A stretch of 64,000 bases of DNA from Octopus sinensis (taxonomy: Eukaryota). Position 1 is the stretch's first letter. Each line of letters starts with the position of its first letter. This document shows positions 41,004 to 55,305 of this stretch, piece after piece. The notes beneath the pieces are model-generated. The model worked only from the letters and a program-made list of their open reading frames with translations. It had not been told where the DNA came from and did not search any database. The position numbers and the translations under genes were made by a program. Location: positions 54,126,001 to 54,190,000 of the forward strand of contig NC_043009.1 of assembly GCF_006345805.1 (NCBI RefSeq), in the 5' to 3' direction.

Positions 41004-41210
41004 GTGACAGCGTGTGTACCATAGGCGATTTTTTCCTCCGTCTTCTCTTCCTTGGATCTTTCCTTTTCCTATGTTTCTGACGAAGAGCTCCGCTCGAAAC
41101 GTTAAGTCCTGCTTCTTTCTTTACTTTCCTGGGCGTCCAATAACACTATACTTTTTCCACGTCCTCGCGTTGTTGTGTTTTCTCTTTGTGTTTTCATGTT
41201 GGTGTTAACC
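41004..41210 (+). mobile_element. ~200-bp hammerhead-containing non-coding element, copy 1
   Basis: CTGACGA-A-GAGC-TCC-GCTC-GAAA-CG-TT at 41077-41103; bounded by (TA)n; homologous to 42879-43077. Confidence 0.75.
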
Positions 41211-41242
41211 ATATATATATATATATGCATGTGTCTATCCTA

Positions 41243-41285
<43 letters not shown>

Positions 41286-41332
41286 TATTTTTAGCACTAG
41301 AGTTAACCACTTAACGGTAACTCTCTTATATT

Positions 41333-41376
<44 letters not shown>

Positions 41377-41792
41377 TGTATATGCATTTATTCATTTATG
41401 TATGTAGGTCAGACCCTTCAAAGCTGTGTCTCAGCATCAGTAACTGAAACGAGTAATATATTTAATATATTTTAAAATATTTGCTAATAGAATCAGGAAT
41501 GAAAACGCATTATATTTATGCTTTTCATCACATTTTTATCACAGCTCGGCTTCCTAAAACTTAATATCATTTCGACACAGCAGATCATATGTGTTGCATG
41601 CAATACGCACACACACACACGTACGTATACTTAAAAAGATATAACTACATTTATATTTATGTATGTGTATGTGTGTGTGTGTGTGTATACATATATATGT
41701 TGCATATGCAAATATGTAGGCTATTTATATACGCATATATGAATAGATATACATATGTATATAGATATACATATATATATTATATATATATA

Positions 41793-41839
<47 letters not shown>

Positions 41840-42842
41840 ATATGAACATATAAATTTACAATTTTGATAAGAACAATAACGATATCATTGCATTCAATGC
41901 ATCTTATAAATTAAAATATCTATTCTTTAAATGATAATCGTTGACGGGGAGGTTTTGGTGTTGAGGAGAAGTCGTTGAGGAGAGGAGGTAGAGTTGAGGA
42001 AGAAAAACGTATCCAAATTATATTTACTCACTTTTACTTTTCTTTAACCTTATTATCTATAACTGGTTTTCCACAATTACCTTAGCTCGGCACATAACTT
42101 TCATATTTCTCTTTACATACTTTAACCTAAAACAGTTTCGCAACCAAATCCCCGAGGAAAACTACTACTGCTACTACTACTACTACCATTACGACTACTA
42201 TTACTACTACTGCTACTACACGCATATTTATTACGCTACAAAAAATAAGTACTTTTATAAAATCATATTTCGGTTGTTTACAGTTTAATAAAAAGTGATG
42301 TATGTTTATGAAATACTGATAAAGTGATTTACTAACAATTTTATGATATCAAGCCTCTAAGCACATATCACTCATCGAACAAAGAAGATGAAAGCATGTA
42401 ATATCCCTTTTATAATGTAATTCTATGCTTTAAGATTTGCTTAATGTTCTCATGGCACACCAAGCTTCACACCATCTGAAGACATTACGAGAAAGTAGAA
42501 ATGCAAAGCGGTTAATGACTTCAAGAGGGATTTAATGCCACGCATGAATGATTTCAGATGCATACATGCAGAATCTCCGGCTACTCATCGCACTCCATTT
42601 GAAAAAAATATATTTCGCAACTTCAGATCAAGCATCCTCGACGGGGCTTCACCTTCTGCACCCAGTGTTCACGATCTCAATTCGTTTTCGAAGTAAATGA
42701 TATTTCAATAGATCAAGACAATTTTGTGTAACATTTCGTATATGTTCATGTCTTTCTAACAACAACTCGATCTTTGGTACATACCGACACACACCCACGC
42801 GCCAAAACACACATATATTGTACTTTTATGCATATATATATA

Positions 42843-42878
<36 letters not shown>

Positions 42879-42881
<3 letters not shown>

Positions 42882-43077
42882 ACCGCGTGTGTACCGTTGG
42901 CGATTTTTTTTCCTCTGTCTTCCCTTATCTGGATCTTTCCTTCACCCATGTTTCCGACGAAGAGCTCCGCTCGAAACGTTAAACCCTCCTTCCTTCTTTC
43001 CCGAGCGTCCAATAATACTATATTTGTTCCACGTCCTCGCGTTGTTGTGTTTTTTGTGCTTTCTTGTTTGGATTAAC
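42879..43077 (+). mobile_element. ~200-bp hammerhead-containing non-coding element, copy 2
   Basis: GTTT-CCGACGA-A-GAGC-TCC-GCTC-GAAA-CG-TT-AAAC at 42950-42984; bounded by (TA)n(TG)n and (TA)n. Confidence 0.75.
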
Positions 43078-43125
43078 TATATATATATACAAATATATAT
43101 ACTTACTTGTATACACACAGACACG

Positions 43126-43176
<51 letters not shown>

Positions 43177-43184
43177 CTTTTCTA

Positions 43185-43550
43185 CTCTAGGCACAAGGCT
43201 CTAAATTTTGGGGGAAGGGACAAGTCGATTAGATCGACTCAAGTGCGTAACTAGAACTTAATTTATCGATCCCGAAAAGATGAAAGGCAGAGTTGAATTT
43301 GAACTCAGAACGTAAAGACAGACGAAATACCGCTAAGCATTTTGCCCGTGTGTATGTTTGACCCCCATACCATCGCTTGACAACCGATATTGGTGTGTTT
43401 ACGTCCTCGTAAACTAGCGGTTCGACAAAGAATCCGATAGAATAAGTACTAGGCTTACTAAGAATAGGTCTTGGGGGCGTTCTATTCGACTAAAGGTGGT
43501 GTTCCAGTAAGGCTGCAGTGAAATGACTAAACAAGTAAAAGAGTAAAATA
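43185..43550. mobile_element. SINE family B (minus, 43185-43345) abutting SINE family A tail (plus, 43345-43550)
   Basis: Similarity to the other copies in the window. Confidence 0.75.
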
Positions 43551-43672
43551 ATATATATGTGTGTGTGTGTGCATGCATATATATATATATATATATATAT
43601 GCATATATATATGTGTATATATATATGTATATATATATTTTTTTTTATATATATATTTTATATATATATATG

Positions 43673-43706
<34 letters not shown>

Positions 43707-43754
43707 TGTATATGTATATATCTATATCTATCTACACACATATATATATAGGAG

Positions 43755-43900
43755 ACGGACTTCTTTCAGTTTCCGTTTACCAAATCCGCTCAAATGAATT
43801 TGGTCGGCCGGAGGTTATAGTAAGCAGCACTTGCCGGGACTGAACCTGGAATCATGTGATTGTGAAGCAAGCTTCTTCCCACATGACAATGCCTGTGCCT
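43755..43900 (-). mobile_element. SINE family A head
   Basis: CTTCTTTCAGTTTCCGTTTACCAAATCC…GGGACTGAACC. Confidence 0.75.
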
Positions 43901-44298
43901 ATATATATAGATATAAATACAAATTTTATATACATTCTATATATTCGAGCATAGGTTACAAATTATAATTATATTATATGGCGTCCATAACACTAACTTC
44001 TATATTACGTTTCGAACAATATGTTGAAATTACAGAGCGACAGCTATTTTCCGGTTTTCCGTTCGGAATTATAGTGAAAGGGTTTACCATTTGTGAAGTT
44101 GTTGCTTTTTTTTTTCTATTTTAGGCTTTTGGAAAACGAACCAGATGTTCATTAGGCTAGAGGCATTTTAGCATGAAAATTTAGAATCTGAATATAGAAA
44201 AATATCCCATCATGTGAAAATACTTGCGTTCATGTGTTTGTCACTTTCCTTCTAACATCATCTCTCACAGTCTATTTCTCTCCCCCACTCTCTCCCTG

Positions 44299-44333
<35 letters not shown>

Positions 44334-44800
44334 TATATATATATATATATGTATGTATGTATATATATATGTATATATATATATGTATATAATATATGTA
44401 TATAATATATATGTATGTATGTATGTATATATATATGTATATATATATATATATGTATATAATATATATATGTATATATGTATGTATGGATATATATATG
44501 TCTATATATATATATATGTATGTATGTATGTATATATATGTATATATTATATATATATTATATGTGTGTGTGTGTGTGTACATGTACAATGTATGTATGC
44601 ATATATCTAAATACACACATAAATACATACATTCATGTATAGGTACATATACACACTCATATGTGTGTACGTGTGTTTCGTTTTGTATCCGTCCGTGTAT
44701 ATCTGCTTGTTTTTTTATTTATTATTATTCAAGGTTTATAACAAGGAAAATATAATTAAATACCCCACGCTGATTCATGAGCATGCATACAATATATATA

Positions 44801-44832
<32 letters not shown>

Positions 44833-45329
44833 CTGATATGGTCTATTTCATTACAATATTTTAAAAATATATTCGTATCCACTAACGTCACATATTTGAG
44901 TTTAGCGTTCGCTTTCCACATCCAGTTTAATTAAGAGTCTATGTTGGGCTTGACAATATTTGATGTGACAGCGCCCAATAATCAAGTCGAAAATATATCT
45001 CGGCCTATTTTATTGGAGTCAGCTTACTTTTTTAATATTATTCGTCTTTTCGTTTGCATTTCGAAACCAGATCCCATATTTTTCAAGGACACACAGATCC
45101 CTTTCAACGTGTTGTAGTTTCTATCAGAAGGAGCCTGCACAGATGAATCCCTGTGGTATAATTTATAAAATGCTATAAGTGATTCCATTTTATTTATTCA
45201 GTAATCATAGAACAGTTAGGTATTCACTAATCGGTTGACCCCTTTCTAACTACAGAATTATTTTGGTCAGTTTTGAGTGAGCAAATTTATTATCAAATTA
45301 TTTATGACTCGAGTCGTAAGTTTCCTAGC

Positions 45330-45625
45330 GCTGGTGACATGCTCTTCATGGTTTATGAGTAACCGGGATCATGACCTTCCCACGGAACAGGACACCACAT
45401 CGTCGCTGGTTTACTCATTTAAAATTGAGTGGACTAGGGAAACATCACATGAAGTGTTTTGCTTGCGAATGCAATGGACTGCTCGGTTCGGTAACCCAGT
45501 ATCTTGTGATCATGTGTGCAATACACTAAACACTGGTCTTCCAACCATATCTCGGACAATACAATAACCATGTGGATGCAACTGCCTTTAAATGTGCTGG
45601 CGTGGGATTAAATGAAGGCTCCTTG
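45330..45625 (-). pseudogene. Gypsy/Ty3 RNase H remnant
   Basis: Minus-strand pieces FNPTPAHLKAVAS, HKILGYRTEQSIAFASKTL and FRGKVMIPVTHKP occur in the order of Gypsy RNase H motifs (DAS, PIAFASxTL, TDHKPL). Confidence 0.5.
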
Positions 45626-46514
45626 ACTGACAATAAGAGGTGTAATTATTTTTGTTGCAAACCTCGTATGTTTTATTAATATTTTATTACTTTCCTTTCG
45701 GGATATTACAGGTTAACTTATGTGTTAATTCGATCAAATAATGACTAATATATAGCTATAACTCTCTTGATTAGCATATAGTTACAACACTATACAGCTA
45801 TCATACCCTTTGGTTAAATAATCCTCTTTGAAAATCCAGTTTATCAATATATTGCTGAGCCATATAATATAATATAATATATAACGTATGATATAATATA
45901 TTTTCTATGGAAGCTCTTAAATAAATACGATTAAAAGTGTACTGCAGGACGTTCATATTACTTAGCAATCTCATGAAGTAAAAATGATTTTAAAGTTGTT
46001 TTTCTGAATTTGGTTGTATTTCTTGAATGAAACAAGTTTTCATTCATCTGATTACTTCATGAGGTAGTAATGAATTATGCGCCACCTACCTCTTTCTCGC
46101 TTATTCTTCAACAACCTGATCTCTGGTAAAAAGATACAGCTGAAAATTTTGCTTTGTAACAGTCTATAGTCTATGTATCTGGTCTTAGAATTTGGATATA
46201 TTTTTAACTTTCTTTCCTTCTCTCTTTCTCTCCGATGCTCAGGTTTGCGTAAACGTAACTATAATTGCTTCTCTATATTCTAATAAACATATTTTTTCCA
46301 ATTTTTTAGTAAATATAAAATGTGCTTCTGTGGCTAAAAGAGTACTTAGACACTTATTTCTAATAATGCTGGTGCTCCCTGCATCCTTCGTCATATTTTA
46401 GTGCCGGTGAATTATTTACTTTTCTTGTTTTGAATTGCATCTAGCCGCCTTTATACATACATACATACATACATACATACATAACTACATACATACATAT
46501 ATATATATATTATA

Positions 46515-46548
<34 letters not shown>

Positions 46549-46571
46549 CAGTCGCCATGATATATATATAT

Positions 46572-46745
46572 CAGTAGCCACTATACACATTTTTTTCTCC
46601 TTGTTTCTCTTCGTGTCCCTTTCTGTAGAAGAGCGTAGGCTCGAAACGTAAAATACTTTTTCTATTCCTGAGCGTTATACTAATACATCTATTTGTTTTG
46701 TACACCACCTGTCTTCGTCTTTTGTTTTTTTCGTAAACTCTCCCT
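46572..46745 (+). mobile_element. Hammerhead-containing non-coding element, related subfamily
   Basis: TTT-CTGTAGA-A-GAGC-GTAG-GCTC-GAAA-CG-TA-AAA at 46620-46653. Shares downstream TTCC(T/C)GAGCGT with copy 2 (TTCCTGGGCGT in copy 1). Flanked by (TA)n. Confidence 0.7.
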
Positions 46746-46748
46746 ATG

Positions 46749-46798
<50 letters not shown>

Positions 46799-47339
46799 CG
46801 TGTGGGTATGTATGTATGTATGTATGTATGTATGTATGTATGTATGTAGATTACATTCGATTACAGCACCAGTAACAGTTAAGCTTCGTGCAATGGTCAT
46901 ACTCGATAACGAGGGGGAAGCTGTCATGTATGTATGTGTATATGTGTGTATATGTATGTAAGTATATATGTATGTATGTATGTATGTACGTAATAGCAAT
47001 AATCCTAGGATGGAATTTGTAAATATTTAATGCATCGCAACGCGCCTGTCCAGAAATCACATGGCTCCAAGATAATCAATGACTGAGTAAACAGAGTTAA
47101 GAACACGCTATTAAACTGTAGAAACGTGCGTAGCGATGAGTTATAAAGTTCACCCTAGTATTATTGTTATTATTATTATTATATTTAACCTACATTATAT
47201 CAGTAGAACTTGATGCAAACCCAAAAAACCGGTTCACTAGTCAGCATCATTAAACCGATGGCCGGCATAATGGAATAGGCGCTTCACTTAAATTTTTAAG
47301 ACGTTACCAATAAACAAATTTCAAAGATATACGTGTGTG

Positions 47340-47401
<62 letters not shown>

Positions 47402-48090
47402 GTGTGTTTGTGTGTGTATGTGTGTGTGTACACTCTAACGAATGGTAGTAGGCTAAAACGTTGAAGTTCTCTGACAAAAGTACTTTAGAAAAAAGTACTG
47501 AATAATTCTTCACATTAATGCTAAATTTTTCTTATATATAACTTGACATAAAAAAACAAACATTAATGCATGCGTTACTTTGTGTGTAAAATGGAGTTGA
47601 CATCGAGAACATCATGAAAGATATTTGTTTCTTCCTAAGAAAAAAAAATAATCTATATCCCTTGTTGCAGCCGATATTATTTTTGTCTATATGTAGTAAC
47701 GCTGTGCCCCATTTAAGTCAACTGCTAATCATTCGTTTAATTTTTCTTTCTGAAAGAAACCTTATGATTTCCAGTTTGGGGATCCTTGAAAAGGTCAACG
47801 AGATATACGTATGTCTCTGGGTCTGCGTTTTTTGTGCAGGGATGTGTGTGTGTAGGTGTATGTTAAGCGCGCGTAAGCGAGTGTAAGTATGAATGTGTGT
47901 GAGCGAGCGCGAGATAGAAAGAACGTGTGTGAATTGTATGGGTGTGCCTGAGTATGTGTTGGTATGTTTTTGTGCATAAATATGTGTTTTCACAGAAAAC
48001 CTTTAAATATATTTCTCCTTCACTTGTTTTCCTGTTTTACTTTTTATTTCTCAAGTTCTTCCTGCAGATTGGTTTTAGTATAAATTCTTA

Positions 48091-48166
<76 letters not shown>

Positions 48167-48224
48167 CATATCTACATATATATATGTATGTATATATATA
48201 TATATATGTATGTATACATATATA

Positions 48225-48255
<31 letters not shown>

Positions 48256-48329
48256 CATACATTTGTATACATACATACATATATATATGTATATATATAT
48301 ATGTATATATATACAAATACATACATATA

Positions 48330-48364
<35 letters not shown>

Positions 48365-49183
48365 CAAATACATACGTACATACATATATATATATATATA
48401 TACAAATACATACATACATACATGCATATATATATATATTCCCTATGCTTCATTTAAATTCCAGCTTTAAGGATTCACTGCTTTTTGCTCAAGTGTCTGT
48501 ACTTTAACTTGAAGAAATGCAGAGTGTTTGACTGCGTTGTCAACTTTCACGTAAATCTTATTTTAAGCGCAAGGCTAAACATGTTGGCATATACGGAAAT
48601 CCATAAACTTTCCTAACTTCCGTGCATTTGGATCTTAATCCACTATTATATCCATTATTATACATATATACCTATATATATATACCTATATATATATATA
48701 CCTATATATATACCTATATATATACATATATACCTTACACATTTAATGTTGTTTATTAATGAGACGAAAAATCAAACCTGTAGTTTTATTTCTTTGGTCT
48801 GCTATGAATACAGCTTTACCAAATGAAGGAGATGTTGTGAAATACATTCAGAGGTGTGCAGAATCGTTAGAGCATCGGACAAAATGCCCTTTGTTATGTA
48901 TTCCCGTTCGCTATAAAGAATTACAGGCCTTGTGCGGAAATTAGAAATTACTGTAAAAGATGGTGAACTAAATCGTGGACACATCGAGAAAATGCTTCAC
49001 GGCATTTCATCTGGTTCTCTTCTTTCTGGGATCCAATTCTTCCGGCGACATCACATGGTGATGAGGCAGCAGTCAAGTATTGGTACCAAGCAGTCGACTA
49101 ACCCATTCCTCCAAACAGTTGCTGCCAAAATTTAAAAGCCATTATTATCATATTTATTATTTTTACTACTACTGCTACTACTA

Positions 49184-49275
<92 letters not shown>

Positions 49276-49289
49276 TTAGTAGAAAGTAG

Positions 49290-49640
49290 TAGCAGAAGTA
49301 GTGGGGGAGCATCATAGCCATGTGTTGAGAGGGATTCTTTGGGGTTTGAATAATTCACCTCTGGGAATATGGGTGGTTCTTTCAACATCCTTAAACAACC
49401 CTTATTCAGGGACCTTTTGAGCAGGATGGGCTACTCAACCTGAAGAAAATTCTAACTGGGCCCCACCTGCAAGGTCATGTGCTGTTTATCTTGATATGAG
49501 ATCACCATGTCGCGCACATATGGTTGTGATGCATGTGCCTGGTGTACCCTTATCAGACGGGTAGTCATGATGGGTATACTGGGCTTCGTATATTTTACCC
49601 CAGTGTCACATTGATGGCATGAACTGCTCTCTCACTCAAT
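49290..49640 (+). mobile_element. Non-coding interspersed retroelement between (AAT)n tracts
   Basis: Complex ~350-bp sequence with no ORF, ending directly in (AAT)n and with (AAT)n just upstream. Confidence 0.55.
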
Positions 49641-49641
49641 G

Positions 49642-49693
<52 letters not shown>

Positions 49694-49694
49694 T

Positions 49695-49890
49695 AAGGCG
49701 ACTAGTTGCTAGAATCGTTAGCACACCGAGAAAAATGCTCAGCGGCATTTCGTCTGTCTCTACGTTCTGAGTTCCAATTCTGTCGAGTTCGACTTCGCAT
49801 TTCATCCTTTTGAGATCGATAAATTAAGTATCAGTGAAATAATGGGGTTGAATTTATGGTCTAGTCCCCTCAAGATTTCAGGCGTTGTGC
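49695..49890 (+). mobile_element. SINE family B
   Basis: Head, B-box and body match; followed by (ATT)n. Confidence 0.8.
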
Positions 49891-49901
49891 CTTTACTTGA
49901 A

Positions 49902-50023
<122 letters not shown>

Positions 50024-52213
50024 CATTATTATTAATTTACTATTTGCCATCCTTGGCTGATCTAATGCGAGAATTATTCATTATATAATTAAAAATCATC
50101 ACAAAAAGTTCTTTGAGAGGAAATTGGTTGTTAGTTGTGGTTCAATTTTCTTCTTTATGTATCCATGTGAGTGTGTGTGTGTGTGTGTGTGCATGTGTGT
50201 GTGTGCGTGCGTGCGTGCGTGTCTTCTGTGTGTGCATGACCTTTAAATTCTTCTACATACATAATTATACAGAACGTATTATTACAAGTAATAATTATCT
50301 ATCAGTGGATCATGGGAGTGAAAGAATATTATCTTCATTACTCATTTATAATTTTATATACCTGATTAGCTTATTTATTTATCTCATGACTGGTTTCATG
50401 AAATATTTTCGTTGTCTAGATCAGGTAAACCAAGTGGGAAAAAATCATTTGAACCAGGCAATTAACGTTAACGATTTTGTCCATTGAGTGGAGCTTCAAT
50501 GCCACACTTTAACCTGCGAAGAATAGCAGACAAATCATATTCTACCGTCTTGAATGTAGGAATTTTATGATGTAATCCTATATACTTTCAAATCTATTCT
50601 TCAATATAAGGTTAGAAAGTTTTATACATAATTGAAAAGAGTATATTGAATAATGTATACCTGGTAAAATTTGCAATCGTTCCTTTACAGAAGTGACGGA
50701 AATGTCAGGGTTAGATAGTCTTTCATTATAGCTCAACTTGATCTATTCCACACCTTGCTTAAATATCCACAACATTGTACAGGGATTTCGAAATTTCATT
50801 TCATATAATTACACATATTCCTCTTCCTTTCAACCGATTGTTATTGTTATGGAAAAGGGTTGATGCCCCCCCTCCCCTTCCAACTGCTCAGCCCAGTTTG
50901 GATTAAATGTGTATATATATTTTATAGTGTATATTTTGTATCAACGATGTAATGTAATTAACAAATTCTTAATTACTCCATTCTGAAGAGATTCAAAGGC
51001 ATGATGTATTTCCTTCCATATACGAATATTAATGAGTTTATTGCAGAAACGAAAACAAATAAATTAATGGAGAAAATTTATGATATAACTTCATTTCATT
51101 GAACTTAAATTTACTTCGTCACGGAAATTTTTTTTAAAATAATAAAAAAAACACTTATAACAATATTATTCTTTTCTTTGCTATAGAATGGAATGGTAAG
51201 CCGATGAATGGAAATGAAGCTTTAAATAAATGATTCTGATTGCCAAAAGCTATAGATTGTACTATCGTTTGGAAGGTATTTTAGTGTTGTTTCGAAGGTA
51301 CTGGTATGCTGTTGCCATTGCTATTTTTCTCTCTGTTTTTCTTTACGACCGATTTAAATAAAGACCAACTGTATTAAGATGGCCAGCTCTACTTAATTAC
51401 GGTTACATTCTATACCTAACCACCTTATCTTATTCATTGAGACAATTTTAGATGTTAAAGCGAGCCACAATTGTGCTGAATATGAAAGTGTCGAGGATGA
51501 AGCTTGTAATGTTATGTGGTAGCGGAGTTTCATGTGCTAATGTACGCTATCGTGGCGATATGGCAGTCATGGTAGTTGCATTCTTAAGAGTGCGGTTGTT
51601 ATTATAGACCCATGAGAATTCAAACAGAGCTACCTTATGAGACAATGGCAGTTGACAAAATGTTTTATTACCAGCCATTACTCTATATTCCTTATACATA
51701 ATCAACTGATGTTTAATAGAAAATAGGAAATGCTGACTAAGAATCGTTTCGTTCAATTAGATTTAATTTATTATATAAGGGTATCAAGTGAGAAGATATT
51801 ATTTGAAGTGATTTCAACTTAAAGTGATTTGTCGTTTTATGGACTAATTTATTGGATTGCAACTTTCTGGGAAATAAAACGCTACTTTCCAGTAATTTAC
51901 AGCTTTTCGGAGAATTAATTGTTATCACTGAAGTGCCTTCCAAAATTACAGGGTTCGTAACTAAACTGAAAATAAACACACACACATACACACGCATAGA
52001 CATACACATATATTATATACGCAAGACACACATATGCGCGCGCATGTCTGTATATGACTGTGTATGTGTATGTATGTGTGTAATATATATGTAAGAATGG
52101 TGGAGACGCAAAAGGAAGTGACACTCGACACATTTGACTGGAGTTACATAATGACAGTCTGTTACAGCTCCACACTACTTATATTACATCGAACCGATTT
52201 AAAATTGCTAAAG

Positions 52214-52249
<36 letters not shown>

Positions 52250-52251
<2 letters not shown>

Positions 52252-52534
52252 GTGGACGCGCAATGTGCCAGTAGTTAGGGCAGCGGACTCACAGTCAGAG
52301 GATTGCGTTGTATGTGTTTATTGAGCGAAAACACCTAAAGCTCCACGAGACTCCGATAGGGGGAGGTGGCGACACCTGTTGTACTCTTTCGCCCCAACTT
52401 TCTCTCACTTTTTTTCCTGTTTCTTGAGTAACGCTGCGATGGACTGGCGTCCCGTCAAGCTGGGGGAAACAGAAGCGCCACAGAAACCGGAAAACCAGGC
52501 CCATGAGCATGGCTAAGCTTGAAAAGAGCGCATA

Positions 52535-52535
<1 letters not shown>
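52250..52535 (+). mobile_element. tRNA-derived SINE family C
   Basis: tRNA-like head, GAGCGAAAACACCTA and GCGATGGACTGGCGTCCCGTC; homologous to 54580-54798. Confidence 0.7.
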
Positions 52536-52579
<44 letters not shown>

Positions 52580-53043
52580 TCCTATTCCAGTCATTAAACT
52601 ACAACAAAGCTAGGGGAACGCATAGAAGGTTTTTTAGTTGAAAAGGTATGACGGAGTTTTACTGAAACTAGGTGGGTCAGAAGAAGACGCCCTAGTAAAC
52701 AGCAACTCTATAAATGCACACACACGCAGGTACACACGCTGACACACACACAAACACAAACACACACACACACATATGCATGTATGTATGTATATCTATT
52801 TATAATTGTAGATCAGTTATATTGTTTTATGCTTTTTTATATAAAAACAAGATTTCTAATTAAAGCCGAAGGATGACTTCATGAGTTTCAATGGAATACA
52901 TATTTATCAAACTTGTACAAAGAGAACTCTGTCTTCGCGGTTTCGGCGTTCTCGTTGAAATATATGAGTGTATGTATAAGTGAGACTGTGTATGTGAGTG
53001 TGTCTAACTATTTTCAGACGGACACACAAAAACATATAATATC

Positions 53044-53118
<75 letters not shown>

Positions 53119-53171
53119 TTATGTATGTGTGTATGTATATGTATGTATGAATATATATACACATATATATA

Positions 53172-53220
<49 letters not shown>

Positions 53221-53522
53221 CATGTGCGAGTACGTGTGTGTATGTATGTATATATGTATGCATCTATGTATGTATGTATGTATGTATGCATATACATGTG
53301 TTTAAAAGTTTGGCTTTCTGCTTACTGAGATTTGGTAGAATAATTTTTCCTGGACATAGTTTGACTATATAAGTATGTATATGCGTACATGCGTATGAAC
53401 ATCACCCAGCACACATAAACACAAGGCCTCTCACTCTCTCTCTCTCACTTTCTTTTTTTACATACACACATCTTTCTACACACATACATATATACATATA
53501 TCTATATATGTGCGCGTGTTTG

Positions 53523-53628
<106 letters not shown>

Positions 53629-53638
53629 AGATAGATAG

Positions 53639-53721
<83 letters not shown>

Positions 53722-54426
53722 GAGAGAGAGAGAGAGAAATACATATATATATATTATATATATACATATATATATATTCATTCGCTCCTCTATATCTATA
53801 TTGATATGTGTGCGTATGTATGTATATATGTATGTGTCAGTTTAACTGCCAGAAATATTAGATCTGTATTGATTTTCAATAAAAACCAAAATGATTTATA
53901 CAACAGCTGCTTTCCTCTAACCTACCTTATATTACAGCTATTTTTTTTTATTGTCTTTAGTTTTGATGTTATGTTCTTGAAATAAATATACATTTCATGA
54001 TGATCTCGTGGATATTTATATTTTGGCTTTTGCTGCTGAGATTTGTAATTTTGTTGGTGATGATAATGATGTGGTAACTGCATGGTTTCTGGTATTATTG
54101 GTGGTAGTAGTAGTAGTAGTGTTGTTGCTTAAAGTGCTTGTTGCAGCAATAGAGATGTAGGTGGTTCTGCGTTGGGGAGGAAAGTGGATGATGCCGTATT
54201 TAGTGATTGCATTGGAAATGGTGCTGGTGGTGGTAGTGTTGGCGATAGAGTACATGATAATTCAGGCGACTTTAACTGGTCAATTTAATATATTTCGTTC
54301 TATTTATTGACACAGAATTTGTGTCAATAAATCCTGATGTATATTCTGTATACACACACACACATACACAAAGACATACAAGCACACAGGTATGTGTGTG
54401 TAGACAGACAGATAGATACACATATC

Positions 54427-54478
<52 letters not shown>

Positions 54479-54530
54479 TATATGTATATATGCGTATATA
54501 TACATATACATATACACACACACACACATG

Positions 54531-54571
<41 letters not shown>

Positions 54572-54579
54572 GTTTCTTG

Positions 54580-54798
54580 TCGATCCATCAGTCGCAGGTG
54601 AGCTGCAAGATGCAGGAGGAAAGAGTGAGAGAGAGTTAAGGTGAAAGAAACAGCAGAAGTTCGTCATTACCTTCTGCCGGAGCCGCGTGGAACCTAGGTG
54701 TTTTCGCTCATGAACACACACAGCGTCCGGTCTGAGATTCGAACACGCGATCCCTCGACCACGATTCCGGTGCTCAAACCACTACGCCATGTGCCTCC
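54580..54798 (-). mobile_element. tRNA-derived SINE family C
   Basis: Minus strand GGAGGCACATGGCGTAGTGG (A-box) … GTTCGAATCTC (B-box) … GAGCGAAAACACCTAGG. Confidence 0.8.
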
Positions 54799-54942
54799 AC
54801 ACACACATATCCACACACACACACACACACACACTCACACACACACATATATATAAATAATCAAGTGAATACTAACAAACGATAGATAATTGAGCTGACA
54901 ATTATCTATTGTGTTTGTTATTTATTTAATTATAACGCGTCG

Positions 54943-55305
54943 AGCTGGCAGAAACATTAGCACGCCGGCCGAAATGCTTAGCTGTATTTCGTCTGCCGTT
55001 ACGTTCTGGGTTCAAACTCCGCCGAGGTCGACTTTGCCTTTCATCCTTTCGAGGTCGATAAATTAAGTACCAGTTACGCACTGGGGTCGATATAATCGAC
55101 ATAATCCGTTTGTCTGTCCTTGTTTGTCCCCTCTGTGTTTAGTCCCTTGTGGGTAGTAAGGAAATATGTATTTCGTCTGTCTTTACTTTGCCTTTCATCC
55201 TTTCGGGGTTGGTAAATTAAGTCTCAGTTACATACTGTTATCGATATAATCGACTGGCTCCCCACAAAAGAAATTTCGGGCCTTGTGCCTAGAGTAGAAA
55301 AGATA
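54943..55305 (+). mobile_element. SINE family B plus partial second unit
   Basis: A full unit followed by re-entry at TATTTCGTCTGTC near 55150, as in the 21.2-kb array. Confidence 0.85.

Noticed and set aside
43995-44045. Hammerhead-like AACA-tat-TGTTC-GAAA-CG-TA on the minus strand
   Set aside because: The CUGANGA core is absent (CUGUAAUUUC) and stem I does not pair.
49436-49470. CTGAAGA motif in the 49.3-kb element
   Set aside because: No stem II or GAAA follows.
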